DNA of 62,981 bases, the filler included, from Dirinaria sp. TL-2023a (lineage: Eukaryota): the NCBI GenBank assembly GCA_051941275.1. It is 4 parts of 4 records of this genome, joined end to end, with 100 filler letters (N's around TTAATTAATTAA, not from the genome) between each part and the next. Parts side by side here need not be neighbours in the genome. Positions count along the whole stretch, not along the records: positions 47,331 to 62,981 come from JAVEBF010000536.1; 3 more parts are not named here. One strand, written 5' to 3'. The position numbers and the translations under genes are program-made. The notes under the pieces were generated by a model. It did no database searches, was not told where the DNA came from, and worked only from the letters and a program-made list of their open reading frames with translations. Numbering within the stretch: the stretch's first letter is position 1; each line of letters opens with the position of its first letter. Below, piece by piece: positions 51,297-62,981 of the stretch.

Positions 51297-53280
51297 CTAC
51301 CTTCTGGGCCTGATTCCCCCCTCATCTTTCTTCATCCCAGAAATCGTGCCGTGCTTAATCCACTCATCCCACCCGCCGTGCTCCGTCTCCCACTTCACCT
51401 TCACAACATCCTTGACCTTGCTCCCCCACTCGATCTTCCTCATCACCCAATTAATCAGCAACAGGTGCACCCTATCCATCTGAATATCCCCTACATCCGG
51501 CTTCGGCTTCAGCTTATCCATGATCATCTCCGCTGTAAACGCCGCTCTTCCCTGTGAGTTCTCCTATACTAAGCGATGCCTCTAAGTCAGCTCGAGCAGC
51601 GTGGGTTCAGTGTTGTAGATGAGAGGACTGGTATTGTTATTTACTAAACTGGCTTTTTGATGAGATTTAGGTACATGGGGAAAGGGGAGGGGAGAGGGGA
51701 TGATTTACTATCGTTCGCGCCACATATATGGATCCGGGATCAGACTTGTCTAATACGAAGAATATAGACAACATACTGTAAAGGCTGGATACAGGGATGT
51801 AAGCCTCGACGAAGTAATTTATCTCTATAAATCCCTCACCAAGACGCAGGTCGAGGTCTGTCTGACGCACCGAGGACATCGAAAGGAATAATGTAGATTT
51901 GTGGTGTTGACAGCGTCTCACATCGTCGGGCTGAGATCGCTACCTTCTGTAGTCAACTTAGAGCTGAACGTATGCCGCAGCAGCTTCACAAATTGTTTCT
52001 TGTCACTCTTCGCATGAGATGGATTCTGGATGGTTTGCATTGAAGCTTCGATGACCTCAGACGGTGGCTTTTGTCGGCTCAAGAAAAGAAGGAAAGGAGA
52101 AGTGGGTCTGAAGCAGAAGACGTTTTAATATCTTAGATAGTCATGGAGCAATGAATGCTGAATCCGTGAACGTGATCGATGAAGAAGTGAGGTATGGGTG
52201 GCTAGTAGTACATCACTTATATATGTTTTACTGCTACTCAGAATTTATTCTCGAGTCAACAGATTTTGAGTTGCTCAATTAGTCAGAGAATATTTGAGCT
52301 TTTTACGTGCAGTCGTGGACTTTTAAATCAGTCAATACAAAAGATCAGACAATTAAAGCTTCACAAAAAGCAATTATGGGCAGTATCGCCGCTCAAGGGT
52401 CACCTACTAGACCCCCTGTGCTAACCTGGGACTATGTTTATAATGAAACATGCCTGCAGATCACCCTGAGTTGTTAAGACTCAATAGTCAATGCTCTGGA
52501 TGCACACACACATACAAGCTAAACCTGCTTGCTCCTTCTGATCTTCCACTTCCAGCCCGTATGCCCCTCAAGCCTTTCTTGCACTTACAATCAATGCTAC
52601 CCGCGGCATCTGCATCTGCCCTTTCTCTTTCTTTCCCCCCATCAGCGCGTCATACTCGTCCACATCATTCGTCATAACCAAGAGATTCGGTAGAAGGAAA
52701 GTCATAAGCTCCAAACACGTCCCTACATCCTCTTCCTCGGTCTCAAATTCCAATGTTTAGACATCGTTATCGAGCAACCGTTCTCCAAGAGCGTGGACCA
52801 GATGCTCGAAGGTTGGAATCAGGCATCAGAAAGGGAGGGTGCGCCGGTGAATTGAGGGGATGATCTCGCATACGGAGGGATGGAGCCCGGGTACAGCCAA
52901 GCCGTGAAGCCGATTGTGACGAAGGATAGGTCAGGGTATGGGATCGGCCTGTTCGTTTTTTAGCTGGCTTTATCTCTTACAGTGGAAGACACACACGAGG
53001 CTGGGAATACATACTAGGGCATTGAACGTCTCAGCGCTGACATTACCCAGCCGCTTCCTCGAATGAAGGAAGCTATTAGGTCCACGAGAGTCTGATCGAG
53101 GTCACCGCAGACGACTTCCCGGTCTTCTAGCGGAGATGGTCAATTGGAGAATAGCTACGCCGTGACGATGCCGTCTCGGCAGGCATTGCCCGGGATGGTA
53201 GAGTAGGAAGGGGGCTGAGGCAAGAGACCACATTGCGCGAGGAGAGCTCGCGCTGGAGGTCCGCGGCTGCTTTCATGGCT
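51297..53280 (-). pseudogene. One or two degraded, unidentified coding remnants
   Basis: Protein-like fragments interrupted by stops, e.g. MKAAADLQRELSSRNV, EVVCGDLDQTLVDLIASF, IPTFEHLVHALGERLL, FIEINYFVEAYIP, LLINWVMRKIEW. Confidence 0.3.
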
Positions 53281-53818
53281 GTTGAGGTTAGCTGGGGCAG
53301 TAAAGTAGCAAAAGGAGAAGCATGGGCGAGGAGCCTATAGCGCTGAAAGCACGCTCTGCTCCTTCATGATTTCGTCGACAATTGAGGAGTAGGAAAACGT
53401 CGAAAAGTCGATGACTCAAAGAGACCTCGGACTTGCAGTCCATAGAAACTTGCGCAGACTCACGTGATACCGCGACCGAGGCGGGCCTGCCCCTGAGACT
53501 GACTGACGTATCGAGGTACCGTATCTAGGCGCCTTTAAGACACTTCATCGTCTCGTTAGTAAGTACTCTGGCAATAAATCAAATCTCATGTTTCGCCTCC
53601 TGGGTCAGCCTGAAGAAAAGCCAAATAATTTATCTACCGCTAGTCTAAATTCTTACGGGCCTTCCGAACGACCCATTGACCTAGTTCTGCGTGCTTTCAG
53701 AGCACCCTTTGACGGGCTTTCGAAGAGCCTACTCAATCCTTATGGGCTAGCGAAATGGGTTGGGTAATTCTGCTCAAAGCATATACTTGTATCAGTCGCA
53801 TTGATGTAATGCCAAATA

Positions 53819-54814
53819 CTATGTAGGCTGCTTCGGAATACTCTTCCTCAGTCTATCTCTGATTGCATACTGCCACTCATCTACAAACAAGTACAAAAAC
53901 AGCAAGAACAGGGCTGACATGGTCAAAGCAAGCCAGGCCAAAGCCATGAGAGCCAACACCCGGCCTAATACCTGCAGATTAATGATAGTGGACCCAGAAA
54001 GTTGCTCTACGGCCAATTCGACCTGCATTGCACTCAACGCTAAAGTAAACACCCCAAAGATGAACAAAAGCGGTGCGTAAAACTGTCCAAAGTAACTCCC
54101 ATACTGTACGTGGAGCCGCTCGTAGTGGAAGCGATGCAAGATAAATTTCCCCCAGAAGTTTAACCTTGAGAGCCGCAGCTCACCGAACGCGTATCGTGGG
54201 CTTACAGCCTCGTCGCGGATCGATTCAATGTCGGCGAGGAATCGGCTAATCTGCTCCCAGGTGACATGCTTGGGTACGAGGCGTAGGTCCTCCCGCTGTG
54301 CGATGTGAAGGTCGGACTCATGCCGGATCAGGTAGCGATAGGATCGTAAGTAGCCCAATGCAGCCTTAACGAAGCCTGACGGGTAAGACCCTTTCTCGGT
54401 GGATGGACGCAGCAACACATCGTGCCAGAAGGCATGCGAGAGAAGGCATTTTGGCAGCGGTTTGATATGGATTCGATCTTGCAGCCATGTAAGATGCAGC
54501 TGCGGGTCCTCGGTGATGAGGATCCTCCGACCCTCGACAATTTGTCGATGCAGAGCATTGATGTTCGCGCTCGACTAGGTGGCCATCATCCACAAGTACG
54601 GCGACATTGTATCTAACTCCGGTGTAAGTATTTCGGATTCAAGCAGTGAAGCGACCCCTCGATGGTCGTTGAAAGTAAGCAGAGGTCGTCCAGGCACAGT
54701 CTTGACGCTGGAAGAGTAGCTGTCGTCGTTAGACGTTTGGTTGGCAGATTCATCGAAAAGGGCGCTGTCGCGGCTGAAAGGACAGGCTCTGAATGTTACT
54801 GACGACATTGGCAT
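53819..54814 (-). pseudogene. DUF6601-like fungal membrane protein with a single premature TAG
   Basis: ORFs 54575-54814 and 53819-54418 are one frame: ELDTMSPYLWMMAT*SSANINALHRQIVEGRRILITEDPQLHLTWLQDRIHIKPLPKCLLSHAFW...ALGYLRSYRYLIRHESDLHIA...PRYAFGELRLSRLN, plus two C-terminal TM helices. Confidence 0.75.
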
Positions 54815-55172
54815 GATACATGCTTCTACGTTAATACGTTTTTGCTACTCTCTTCGTTCTCATCGCAAACAATCTCAAATAACTTCAAGGATGACTCCGC
54901 CGAATCAGCAGTTCGGCACCGCTCTTTAGTCTCAGATTGGGGGCGGCGCAGCTGTTAGCGCGGCTTCGTGGAGCGGTCGGCATCTACACCTTTTACGACC
55001 TTGGGCCAGCTAAAGTAGGCAACTGATCTACTTGTTTCAGGCCCCGGCCGATGCCGCTGCGCGGACACGGCTTAGGGTAGCCTACCATGCCTTCTTACAT
55101 TTTTCTTCTTAAGTTGAGTGACGCTGGTTTAGACCATAGCTAGTCCTGTATTTGAGACCTCTTCTAGAAAAC

Positions 55173-58100
55173 ATGGTACGGACCGCCGTCTCACCTTTGT
55201 TCGGTACTGACTGACCTTCTGTGCTAGAGTGCAAACCTGTCTGAAAATGCTATGGGTCTGCGATTGCTCTATGATCCCAGCGCTGAAAGCGTTGATCAGA
55301 GCAAATCACAAATTGTCGAGTATTCGGCTACTATAATGCCTCTTCGACCTCTTGCCTTGCTAACTCGACCAGCATTGTTGCTATTCATGGCATTGGAGCA
55401 AAGCCCGATCACACTTGGTGCCAACGCGCTGGGACTAGCAAAGGGCAAGGCGCTGAACCAGAATATGTAAACTGGCTGCAAGATGACCACATGCTTCCAT
55501 CCGTAGTGCCAAATGCATGCATAATGCGTTACGGCTATGAGTCAAACTGGTTCGGCAACGGCGCCCTTTATACGAAAGTGATGGATGTTGCAAAGAAGCT
55601 TCTTGGGAGCCTGCGCAGACATCGTAAGGTGCGAGAAGGTACAAACTTGAAAGCTTAGACGTGGTAACCCTGATACAGGCTAATCCCGGACGCCCGATGA
55701 TATTTGTGTGCCACTGTTATGGCGGGCTAGTGGTGTTGCAGGTGCGTCTCAATCTAGAGCGTTAGACGTGTAGACTGAACTTTAAGGCTAAAAAAACGCC
55801 GAATTCTAGGCATTGCTTGCGGCGCGCAACACTACCCAGGAATGGCCAGAGATCTTTGATTGGACAACAGGCCTGGTATTCTTCGGCACTCCTTTTCGAG
55901 GAGCGCGTAGAATGAACCTAGTTGAAATGCTCGAGGCAGCGCGGCTCAAATACTCGAGCGAGCAAATCCAGGAAGAAACTTTGCGCGTCCTCCAGTCCGG
56001 AAATGAAACTTTGCTTAACCTTGTACATGATTTCTGTCAAGTGCGGCAAGACAAGAGGGTGATGTGCTTTTACGAGACTAGAACTACGTCCGTTGGCAAG
56101 ATTTTTGGCCGGCAGGATGTCACGGTGAGTGATTCAGAAGACAATTGTGGCGCGCTATCATAGTTGAACGTCAGATAGGACTACCTTGTCGATCAGAGCT
56201 CGGGCTGTCTTGATCCAGATCCATCGTCCTTCATTAGATCCCTCCCATTGACCCGCGATCACTTTGATATGAACAAATTTGCAGGCCCTGAAGACGATGA
56301 TTTTATGCAGGTAAAAGAAGTGATTGCAGATATGGTCAAGGAAGCGCCAAACCTGGTCCAGCGACATTCTCACAGGGTGTGTCATTCTACACAATCATAG
56401 GTCGGTTGCCATCCTGCTAAACGCCAATAGACCACGAGCGAACAGCCACAAGGTAATATTGGAATCAACATGACGTTCAGAGGGAAGGAGGACGCAGGGA
56501 ATGACGGCAGAGGTGTGGAGAGACCACTTCTCTTCCAGTGGAACATTCCAAGATCATCATCCGGAAGCTTTGTTGGTCGCACCGATGTGGTCAATGAAAT
56601 TAAAAACAAGCTCTCAGAGGGCAATACAGAATCCCAAAAGAGATACGTGATTACGGGTATCGGCGGCATAGGCAAAAGTGAAATCTGCCTTAGGGTCATA
56701 GACAAGATGAGGAGCAAGTAAGCTAATTCCACCACAATGCTGCTTGGGTCTTTGTACTCATTGGGCTAGTTTTAACATAATCGCCTGGATTGATGTAAGC
56801 ACAAGAGTCGGCGCTGAGAAATCTCTTGTGGATCTGGCTGAGAGTCGTGAATTACACGCCAGCGACTTGAATAGTGCGAGAAATGCTCTGGCCTCCATTC
56901 CAGGAAATCATCTTGTTGTATTGGACAATGCGGATGACCCGAATGAGGACTACCAGGGCTTTGCACCTCCTGCCAATGACTGGAGTGTAATCATCACATC
57001 TCGTAATATTCAATGCAGCCGCCACAGCTCCGTTGGTCATTGGTCTCTGCAATCTCTAGACACGGGAGAGTCGTCTAGACTCTTACTCCAAGCCGCGGAA
57101 ATACCTGAGGACGATTGGCCAGCTAAGGCGACTCTTGCGACGAAAGTGGTAGATTGTCTGGGCTCGCATACCTTGGCACTCATCCAAGCTGGATCATACA
57201 TCAGGGCAAAGCGCTGTACGTTGTCGGAATATCCCGAGATATTTGAGAAAAAGAGTCAGAAGCTGTTGGAATTCAACGTGACTCAACAAGGCTCAAGATA
57301 TTCCAATGTTTGGACGACCTTCGAAGTGACTGCGACTGCATTCGAGAAGCCTCAAAAGGCGAACACTGACGCCAAGTGTTTGCTGGATACCTTATCCATG
57401 TTGCACTTTACTAATTTTCCTACAGAAGTCTTTGAACATACTTGGAGGGAAGCTCGTCAAATAGTCAAACGCGGACTCGAGGCAACGAACAGTCGTGATA
57501 CACCCAAGGTGCTTTTTGAAGGGCTCTCGCACATTGCTCGTACTCGCTCTCTAGGAGCTGGGAAGGACTATCTACAGCAAGTTTACGCACAAGAAGTTTT
57601 TAGGCTTCTCGCAGATCAAGTATCTGACTTTCTTCCCATTCTTTCAGACGAATGGGAATCCGATCGAATACATGATGCCCTTGATATCCTTACAGATCTC
57701 TCTCTGGTTCAAAAGTCCGAGACAAAAGATGGCAAGCTGACTATTTCCATGCACAAATTGACACATTCCTGGGCTAGGGAACGAATGGATGATCCTCAAA
57801 CAAAGCGTCAGGCCTGGCTCAGAGCAGGTTCGACTATCGTTCTCTCCAATATGACTTCTTGGATCTGGGCGGACCCCGAAATACAGCTGAGACCTCATGC
57901 TCGCTACTTTGCCGATAACAGTAGATCATTCGACATCTCTGGAGTACCGCCTGATATGGCGGAAAAAATAGTTCTCTTCTGCGCAGAACTACTACAAATC
58001 CTACGGGAAGATGAGATGCTCGAACAGTTCCTCGATAAGATCATTCAAGAGCTCCAAAAGCATGGTAAAAGCATCATGGAAGTATCGTTACCATTATGCA

Positions 58101-58915
58101 AAGTCAAGGCTAAGAATCTTTACGATCTTTCACGACTGGACGAAGCCATTGCCTGGTGGACTAATATTGTAGAAGCCGAAAAGAAGCGAATCACAACGAG
58201 AAGACCTGACCGGCTCGAGTCACAGCACCAGCTTACTCGAGCCATGTTCCTTCAAGGCCAGAATGACAGCGCAACTACACTCCTCCAAAAAGTTGTTAAG
58301 GAATGCCAAGAGCGCCTTGGTGAGGAGCATCCCGTCCGGCTGGCAGCCGAGCATGACTTCGCGGACTTTTGTGGCTTGCAGGGAGATACAAAGAAGGCTA
58401 TCGAGCTATTCACTCATGTCGTCAACGTCCGCCGAAGGATCTGCAAGGAGACACAACCGGAATTGCTGATTACTCAGCATCAACTCGCGCGGACCTATCT
58501 GCATGATGGCCAACTTGACGAAGCCTTTGCTCGATTCCACCGTGTGCTCAAAATCCGTGAAGCCAATCTCCCAGAGACACACCCAGAGCGTCTAGCAACG
58601 GAGCATGAACTGGGATGTTGCTATCGAGAGAGCGGTGAATACGATAAAGCCATCGAGAGCCTCGAAAAGGTGGTGAAGATCCGGAAGCAAACTCTTGCGC
58701 CTGACAACATTGAAGGCCTACTATCCCAGCAAGAGCTTGCGCTGACGTATATGTACGACGATCAGATCGTGAAAGCAATCGAAATTCTTACGCATGTCGT
58801 GGACATGCAGAAACACCTGCTCGAATCAAGTTCAAATAGGAGGAATGCCGAGTTTTTGCTTTCGATTTGTAAAGAGAAGGAAGACGACCGTCAAGATCCG
58901 GCGACGCCACACTGA
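55173..58915 (+). CDS. Fungal NLR-like STAND protein: alpha/beta-hydrolase (SesB-like), NB-ARC, TPR; multi-exon
   Basis: DIVAIHGIGA..TW, VNWL..MLP, IMRYGYES, IFVCHCYGGLVV, GLVFFGTPFRG, CFYET, DHFDMNKF; FVGR, P-loop GIGGIGKS, Walker B LVVLDNADD, IITSRN, GSHTLALIQAG, MHKLTH; ~5 42-aa TPRs (HPxRLxxxHxL). Confidence 0.88.
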
Positions 58916-59308
58916 GACCTTTGACAACATGCGAATTGGAGCTGTGCTATTTTGATTGCAGTAATGGCACGATCCATTGAGACCTTTCCCTTACTCTTCA
59001 TCCCTCACGAGACTCTTGCAAATATTTGTTAGGGCAGGGAACGGTCAGGCGCAGGTGGCATTGTTCGACTCGAAGCCATGCGAAGGCAATCGATGCGACG
59101 AGCGAAACATCCTTCAAAACGAGGCAATATCTGGTAGACTGGCCTAAGGGTAGAGCAGCACAATGATTGGCTGATTCTGACAGCTAAAAGAGGCATAGCC
59201 GTTGCGCTTGACATCATTGAGTATATCTTTGCCGCGTTTGGTATTAAAGCTTCGTGCAACTCATCCCACCTAAATATATTTTTCAAGAGTTGTGGTATTC
59301 CCATTACT

Positions 59309-60523
59309 ATGAATTCCTCGAAATTGCCTATCTGTGTAGCCTGTGGCTCACAATATGATGCTTCAGCAGGGTCCGCGCCTTCCAATTGCAAGATCTGTGA
59401 CGTGTGTCTCAACGTTTGATCAGTCAACATAACGTGCTTTCAGATACTGAGAATGCTTGTACTCAGGACCCGCGGCAGTTCGTTCCAAGCTCTGGCCAAT
59501 CGTGGACTTCGCTTGATCAGATCCGACAAGGGTATGAGAATAAGTTGCAGCAACACGCCTACGATCCCCGTGTATGGTCTATTTGCACTGAGCCGAAGGT
59601 ATCGAGATATCTTAAATCTTGAGGGTTCTAGGCAAAGCTTGCAATATTCGCGCTAAGATAATCGCTTCATCATCGTAGGTTGGCATTGGACAACGTGCAT
59701 TTTTACTTGAAACGCCCCACGGAAACGTACTCTGGGATCTGATAGCGCTGCTCGACGCCTCTACCATTGAACAAGTCCGTTCCCACCATGCTTCTCGTTC
59801 AATTCGAAATGACTCCCGTATACTGAGCATGGCATTCAGATAAATGCCAAAGGAGGACTCAAAGCGATCGTGATCTCTCATCCGCATTTCTACACCACGT
59901 ACGTAGAATGGGCCAATGCCTTTAGCTGCCCAGTGTACATGTCAACGGACGACAAGGAGTGGCTCTGCCGTCAGCCGCCTGTACCGGAGGCTGTGAGATT
60001 CATTGATGGCTCCGTGGGCACTTGCGAGGAAATTATTCCGGGTGTAAAAGCGGTGAAGCTCGGAGGCCATTTTCCTGGTAGCCTAGTGCTACTGTGGGAG
60101 AAGAAGCTTTTTGTTGCAGACACATTGTTCATGGTACCCGTGAGTACATTGCTCTTGAAGTCATCGCTTAAACTCCTTCCTGCGAATCTGCATCCTGTTG
60201 CCATCCGCAACCCGTGACAATGCTGTTACCAGCCATGCTGACGTTAACTCTAGTCCGCGTACACGCCTCATCCTCGCCCATCGGGGCAGACCACCTTCGC
60301 CTTCCAGTGGTCGATTCCAAACATGATACCTTTACCGCCACACACCATTCTAGAGATGTGGCACGCACTCAAGCCGTATGAATTCGATACAACGTATGGG
60401 GCTTTTCCACAGATGAATCTGCAGGACTCAGAAATGAAGAAACGGGTATGGGAGAGTATCAAGATACAGGTGAGAGGAATGGGCTGGAATGAGAGTGCGG
60501 TGCTCGAAGGAGAGATGATCTAA
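59309..60523 (+). CDS. Metallo-beta-lactamase-fold hydrolase with an N-terminal CxxC..CxxC motif, spliced
   Basis: ICVACGSQY...CKICD/DPRQFVP, GIGQRAFLLETPHGNVLWDLI, IVISHPHFYTT, KLGGHFPGSLVLLW, LFVADT, WSIPNMIPLPP. Confidence 0.88.
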
Positions 60524-61232
60524 GTGGTGAGCGGGGGAGATAAATGAAACTGTTTCCGGCTACTAGAGCGAAACCCAGTCAGGTGAAAGTCAATGTCGTA
60601 TTCTTGCCTTTGAAATGGACGCCTAGCAGATGTAGCTTGATTCTCAAACATGTGCTCCTAGACTGTGTCACAACGTCAAGTACCTCTTTCGCCAACATTT
60701 GTATCTTGTTCCAACGATTTCTGAATGGGCGGAAATTGAGGTAGTACGATTACAATTAGACTTTAGGAGGTCGCAACGACATGAGACCGCATCAAAGAAA
60801 GACTTATATACAGTGTTTACAGTTTACACAGCCGATCAATTATTAGGGCTTTTCTAGGGTTATTGGTCAGCCTCGATCGACTCAACAATCATTTGTCCTT
60901 TCAGAAACGTCTAAGTTTTCCAGGAATGTAGACATCGATCCTTTCAATACGAATGATTTTTTCATTCGTGAACTAGTTTCAAACGTCTTTGACGAGGGTT
61001 ATGAATCTATACTGCAAAAGAATCCGTGACCGCACGCAATTGATTTGGCCACAGCTGTGTATGCTACATTGCACATACACGTTCTTGTCTAAGATATGTA
61101 CATGTAAGTGGAGTCTAATTGGTTTCGCGGCACACTGACCAATACTTAGGGCTCATTGTATAAGCTTCCGAGTCCATCGCGTGTTGAAGTCACGGACGAT
61201 GATGAGAGCTCCTGTTTACTGCAGACTCCTTG

Positions 61233-61282
61233 CCCGAAGGCCGAAGGCCCGAACACCGAAGGCCCGAACACCGAAGGCCCGA
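61233..61282. repeat. Short 15-bp tandem repeat (ccgaaggcccgaaca)
   Basis: ccgaaggccgaaggcccgaacaccgaaggcccgaacaccgaaggcccga. Confidence 0.8.
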
Positions 61283-61546
61283 GGGCTCCGAAAGAAGCCA
61301 TATCTCGAGCTATGCTCGGAGTCAAACCTCCAGTACTCCAGATCGTTCAGTTGAGTATCCTCCGCAATTTGTGGTATATATGAGGGTAGGGTAGTCTCTT
61401 TGAACTTGCACCGACACACTCTTAACTTCTTTCTTGTGCTTTTGTATGTGATCCTTCCTCAAATACCCTCATTCATATCTACCGCTACACTGCGTCACGT
61501 TCATTTTCAGTATTATATTACAGTCTATTCCCAATCCCTTCCGACA

Positions 61547-62761
61547 ATGTCACAACCTGCTGTTCTCCCTGTCCTCATCATCGGCGCTGGGGTATCTGGC
61601 CTTGCCCTTGCCCAGGGTCTGCGTCAAGCTGGCGTCCCTGTTCTGGCGTTTGAACGCGACCAAGCCCTCAATATCCGCTCCCAGGGTTATCGTGTTCGTA
61701 TAACCTCGGATGGCATCGCCGCTCTCACCGCTCTCCTCCCCAATACTCTATTATCACGTCTCAAAGCTTGCTGTGCAGCCTTAGAGCCCAACCAAAAGGA
61801 TCATATGTTCAATGCCATTACAAGTGCAACGCTGCAGTCGCCGCTCCCACCTCAAGCGCCAAGTGAAACCTTGGTTGCGGATCGCACGGTACTAAGGAGT
61901 ATATTAATGACTGGACTGGAACCGTGTGTCAAATTTGGGAGTGACTTCATGGAGTATGAGATCTGCAAGGGGGGTGTAAAGGCCAAATTTAGCGATGATA
62001 GTGAGATTTTGGGCTCACTGTTGGTCGGTGCTGACGGGGCTCGATCAAAGGTTCGAAAACAATACCTTCCAAGTCGCCAGTTTCTGGATACCCAAGGTAG
62101 AATGATATATGGGAAGACGCCTGTCTCAGAAGAGTTGACCGAGAGATTCCAAGTCGCGAGACTGGAAGGCATGCTTCTTATTCAAGATCGCACACAGTCC
62201 GTCCCTCTGACTCTCCTGCTCGAGCCAATGCGCTTTCAAGACGATCCTTTGTGCCCTCAAGACTACATTTACTGGGTCCTCGGCACCCGCTCTGATCATC
62301 CCTCCTTAGCTTCCCAATCAACATCAAATCTCTCCCCAGCGGCCGCCACCGCTTTTTCCCAACAACTCACGGTTGGCTGGCATCCCGCCTTTCGCGCTCT
62401 ATTTTCTCTACAGGACCAGATGCAGACATCCCTCCTTTATATAAACTCTGCGGATCCTTCCATGCCGCCCTGGCAATCATCATCACGTGTCACGCTGATA
62501 GGCGATGCCGTGCACGTGATGGCCCCCACTGCGGGCGTTGGGGCCACGACGGCTTTGAGAGATGCAGCTGAACTGGCGAAAGTATTGACAGAAGATGATG
62601 GACGGGATGCGCTAAGGCAGGGGGATCTCTTAGAGAGGATACGAGCTTTCGAAGAGAAGATGCGCGGCTATGCGGAAGAGGCTATTAGAGGGAGTGCAAG
62701 GGGTGGAGGGTTTTGGTTCAAGATGCGTGCCTGGGAAGATTTGCCCGTGATAGAGATATGA
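61547..62761 (+). CDS. FAD-dependent monooxygenase (aromatic hydroxylase family), single exon
   Basis: VLIIGAGVSGLALA (GxGxxG), FERD, LLVGADGARSKVR (DG motif), VTLIGDAVHVMAPTAGVGATTALRDA (GD motif); ATG at 61547. Confidence 0.92.
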   Translation: MSQPAVLPVLIIGAGVSGLALAQGLRQAGVPVLAFERDQALNIRSQGYRVRITSDGIAALTALLPNTLLSRLKACCAALEPNQKDHMFNAITSATLQSPLPPQAPSETLVADRTVLRSILMTGLEPCVKFGSDFMEYEICKGGVKAKFSDDSEILGSLLVGADGARSKVRKQYLPSRQFLDTQGRMIYGKTPVSEELTERFQVARLEGMLLIQDRTQSVPLTLLLEPMRFQDDPLCPQDYIYWVLGTRSDHPSLASQSTSNLSPAAATAFSQQLTVGWHPAFRALFSLQDQMQTSLLYINSADPSMPPWQSSSRVTLIGDAVHVMAPTAGVGATTALRDAAELAKVLTEDDGRDALRQGDLLERIRAFEEKMRGYAEEAIRGSARGGGFWFKMRAWEDLPVIEI

Positions 62762-62981
62762 AGCCCGGGGATTGCGTTGGATAGTCTAGCGTCATCAATA
62801 CGTGTCGCATTTGATCTGAATTCTGTTTTGTAGCGGACATCTTCTCTCTCTCTCTACTCTGGCCGACGGATTAGTTAAAAGGACTACTGATAAAAACACC
62901 TCTCTCATCTAGGTACTCGCTGTCCTGAATTTATAGCCATAGAGAAAAAAAAAAAAAAAAAAAAAAAAAAAACAACCCACC

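Noticed and set aside
60842..60862. TTAGGG telomere-like motifs
   Set aside because: Isolated copies, not a tandem array.
61400..61546. N-terminal extension of the FAD monooxygenase ORF
   Set aside because: It starts at TTG in pyrimidine-rich UTR-like sequence; ATG 61547 directly precedes the Rossmann motif.
59309..62761. Secondary metabolite gene cluster
   Set aside because: No PKS, NRPS, terpene synthase, transporter or cluster regulator in the window; it cannot be excluded beyond the edge.

Overview
Eukaryotic, intron-containing DNA from a filamentous ascomycete (Pezizomycotina-type genes with short GT..CTRAC..YAG introns). The window is four contigs joined by artificial 100-nt linkers (N44-TTAATTAATTAA-N44), so adjacency across those joins is unproven. 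Bases 1-31.4 kb and 44-51 kb are a dense housekeeping region: RPS23, PCT1, PP2C, an Hv1 proton channel, FMT1, an SDR, casein kinase I, a DnaJ-TPR co-chaperone, HAUS1, RSA3, SLD2, DAM1, CSR1, HNT1, SPB4 and RPS0. Bases 31.6-43.5 kb are a decayed region with no convincing intact gene. Manual translation there shows remnants of two NB-ARC/TPR NLR-like immune receptors on opposite strands, a Ty3/gypsy integrase and possibly a protein kinase. Bases 51-63 kb are an accessory block: a DUF6601-like gene with one premature stop, head-to-head with an intact alpha/beta-hydrolase (SesB-like)-NB-ARC-TPR NLR whose nucleophile elbow reads HCYGG, then a metallo-beta-lactamase-fold gene and an FAD monooxygenase. 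An orphan secreted/membrane protein with a duplicated ~48-aa Pro/Trp module (30.2-31.4 kb) is another candidate for novelty. All family calls come from motif recognition by eye; no searches were run.
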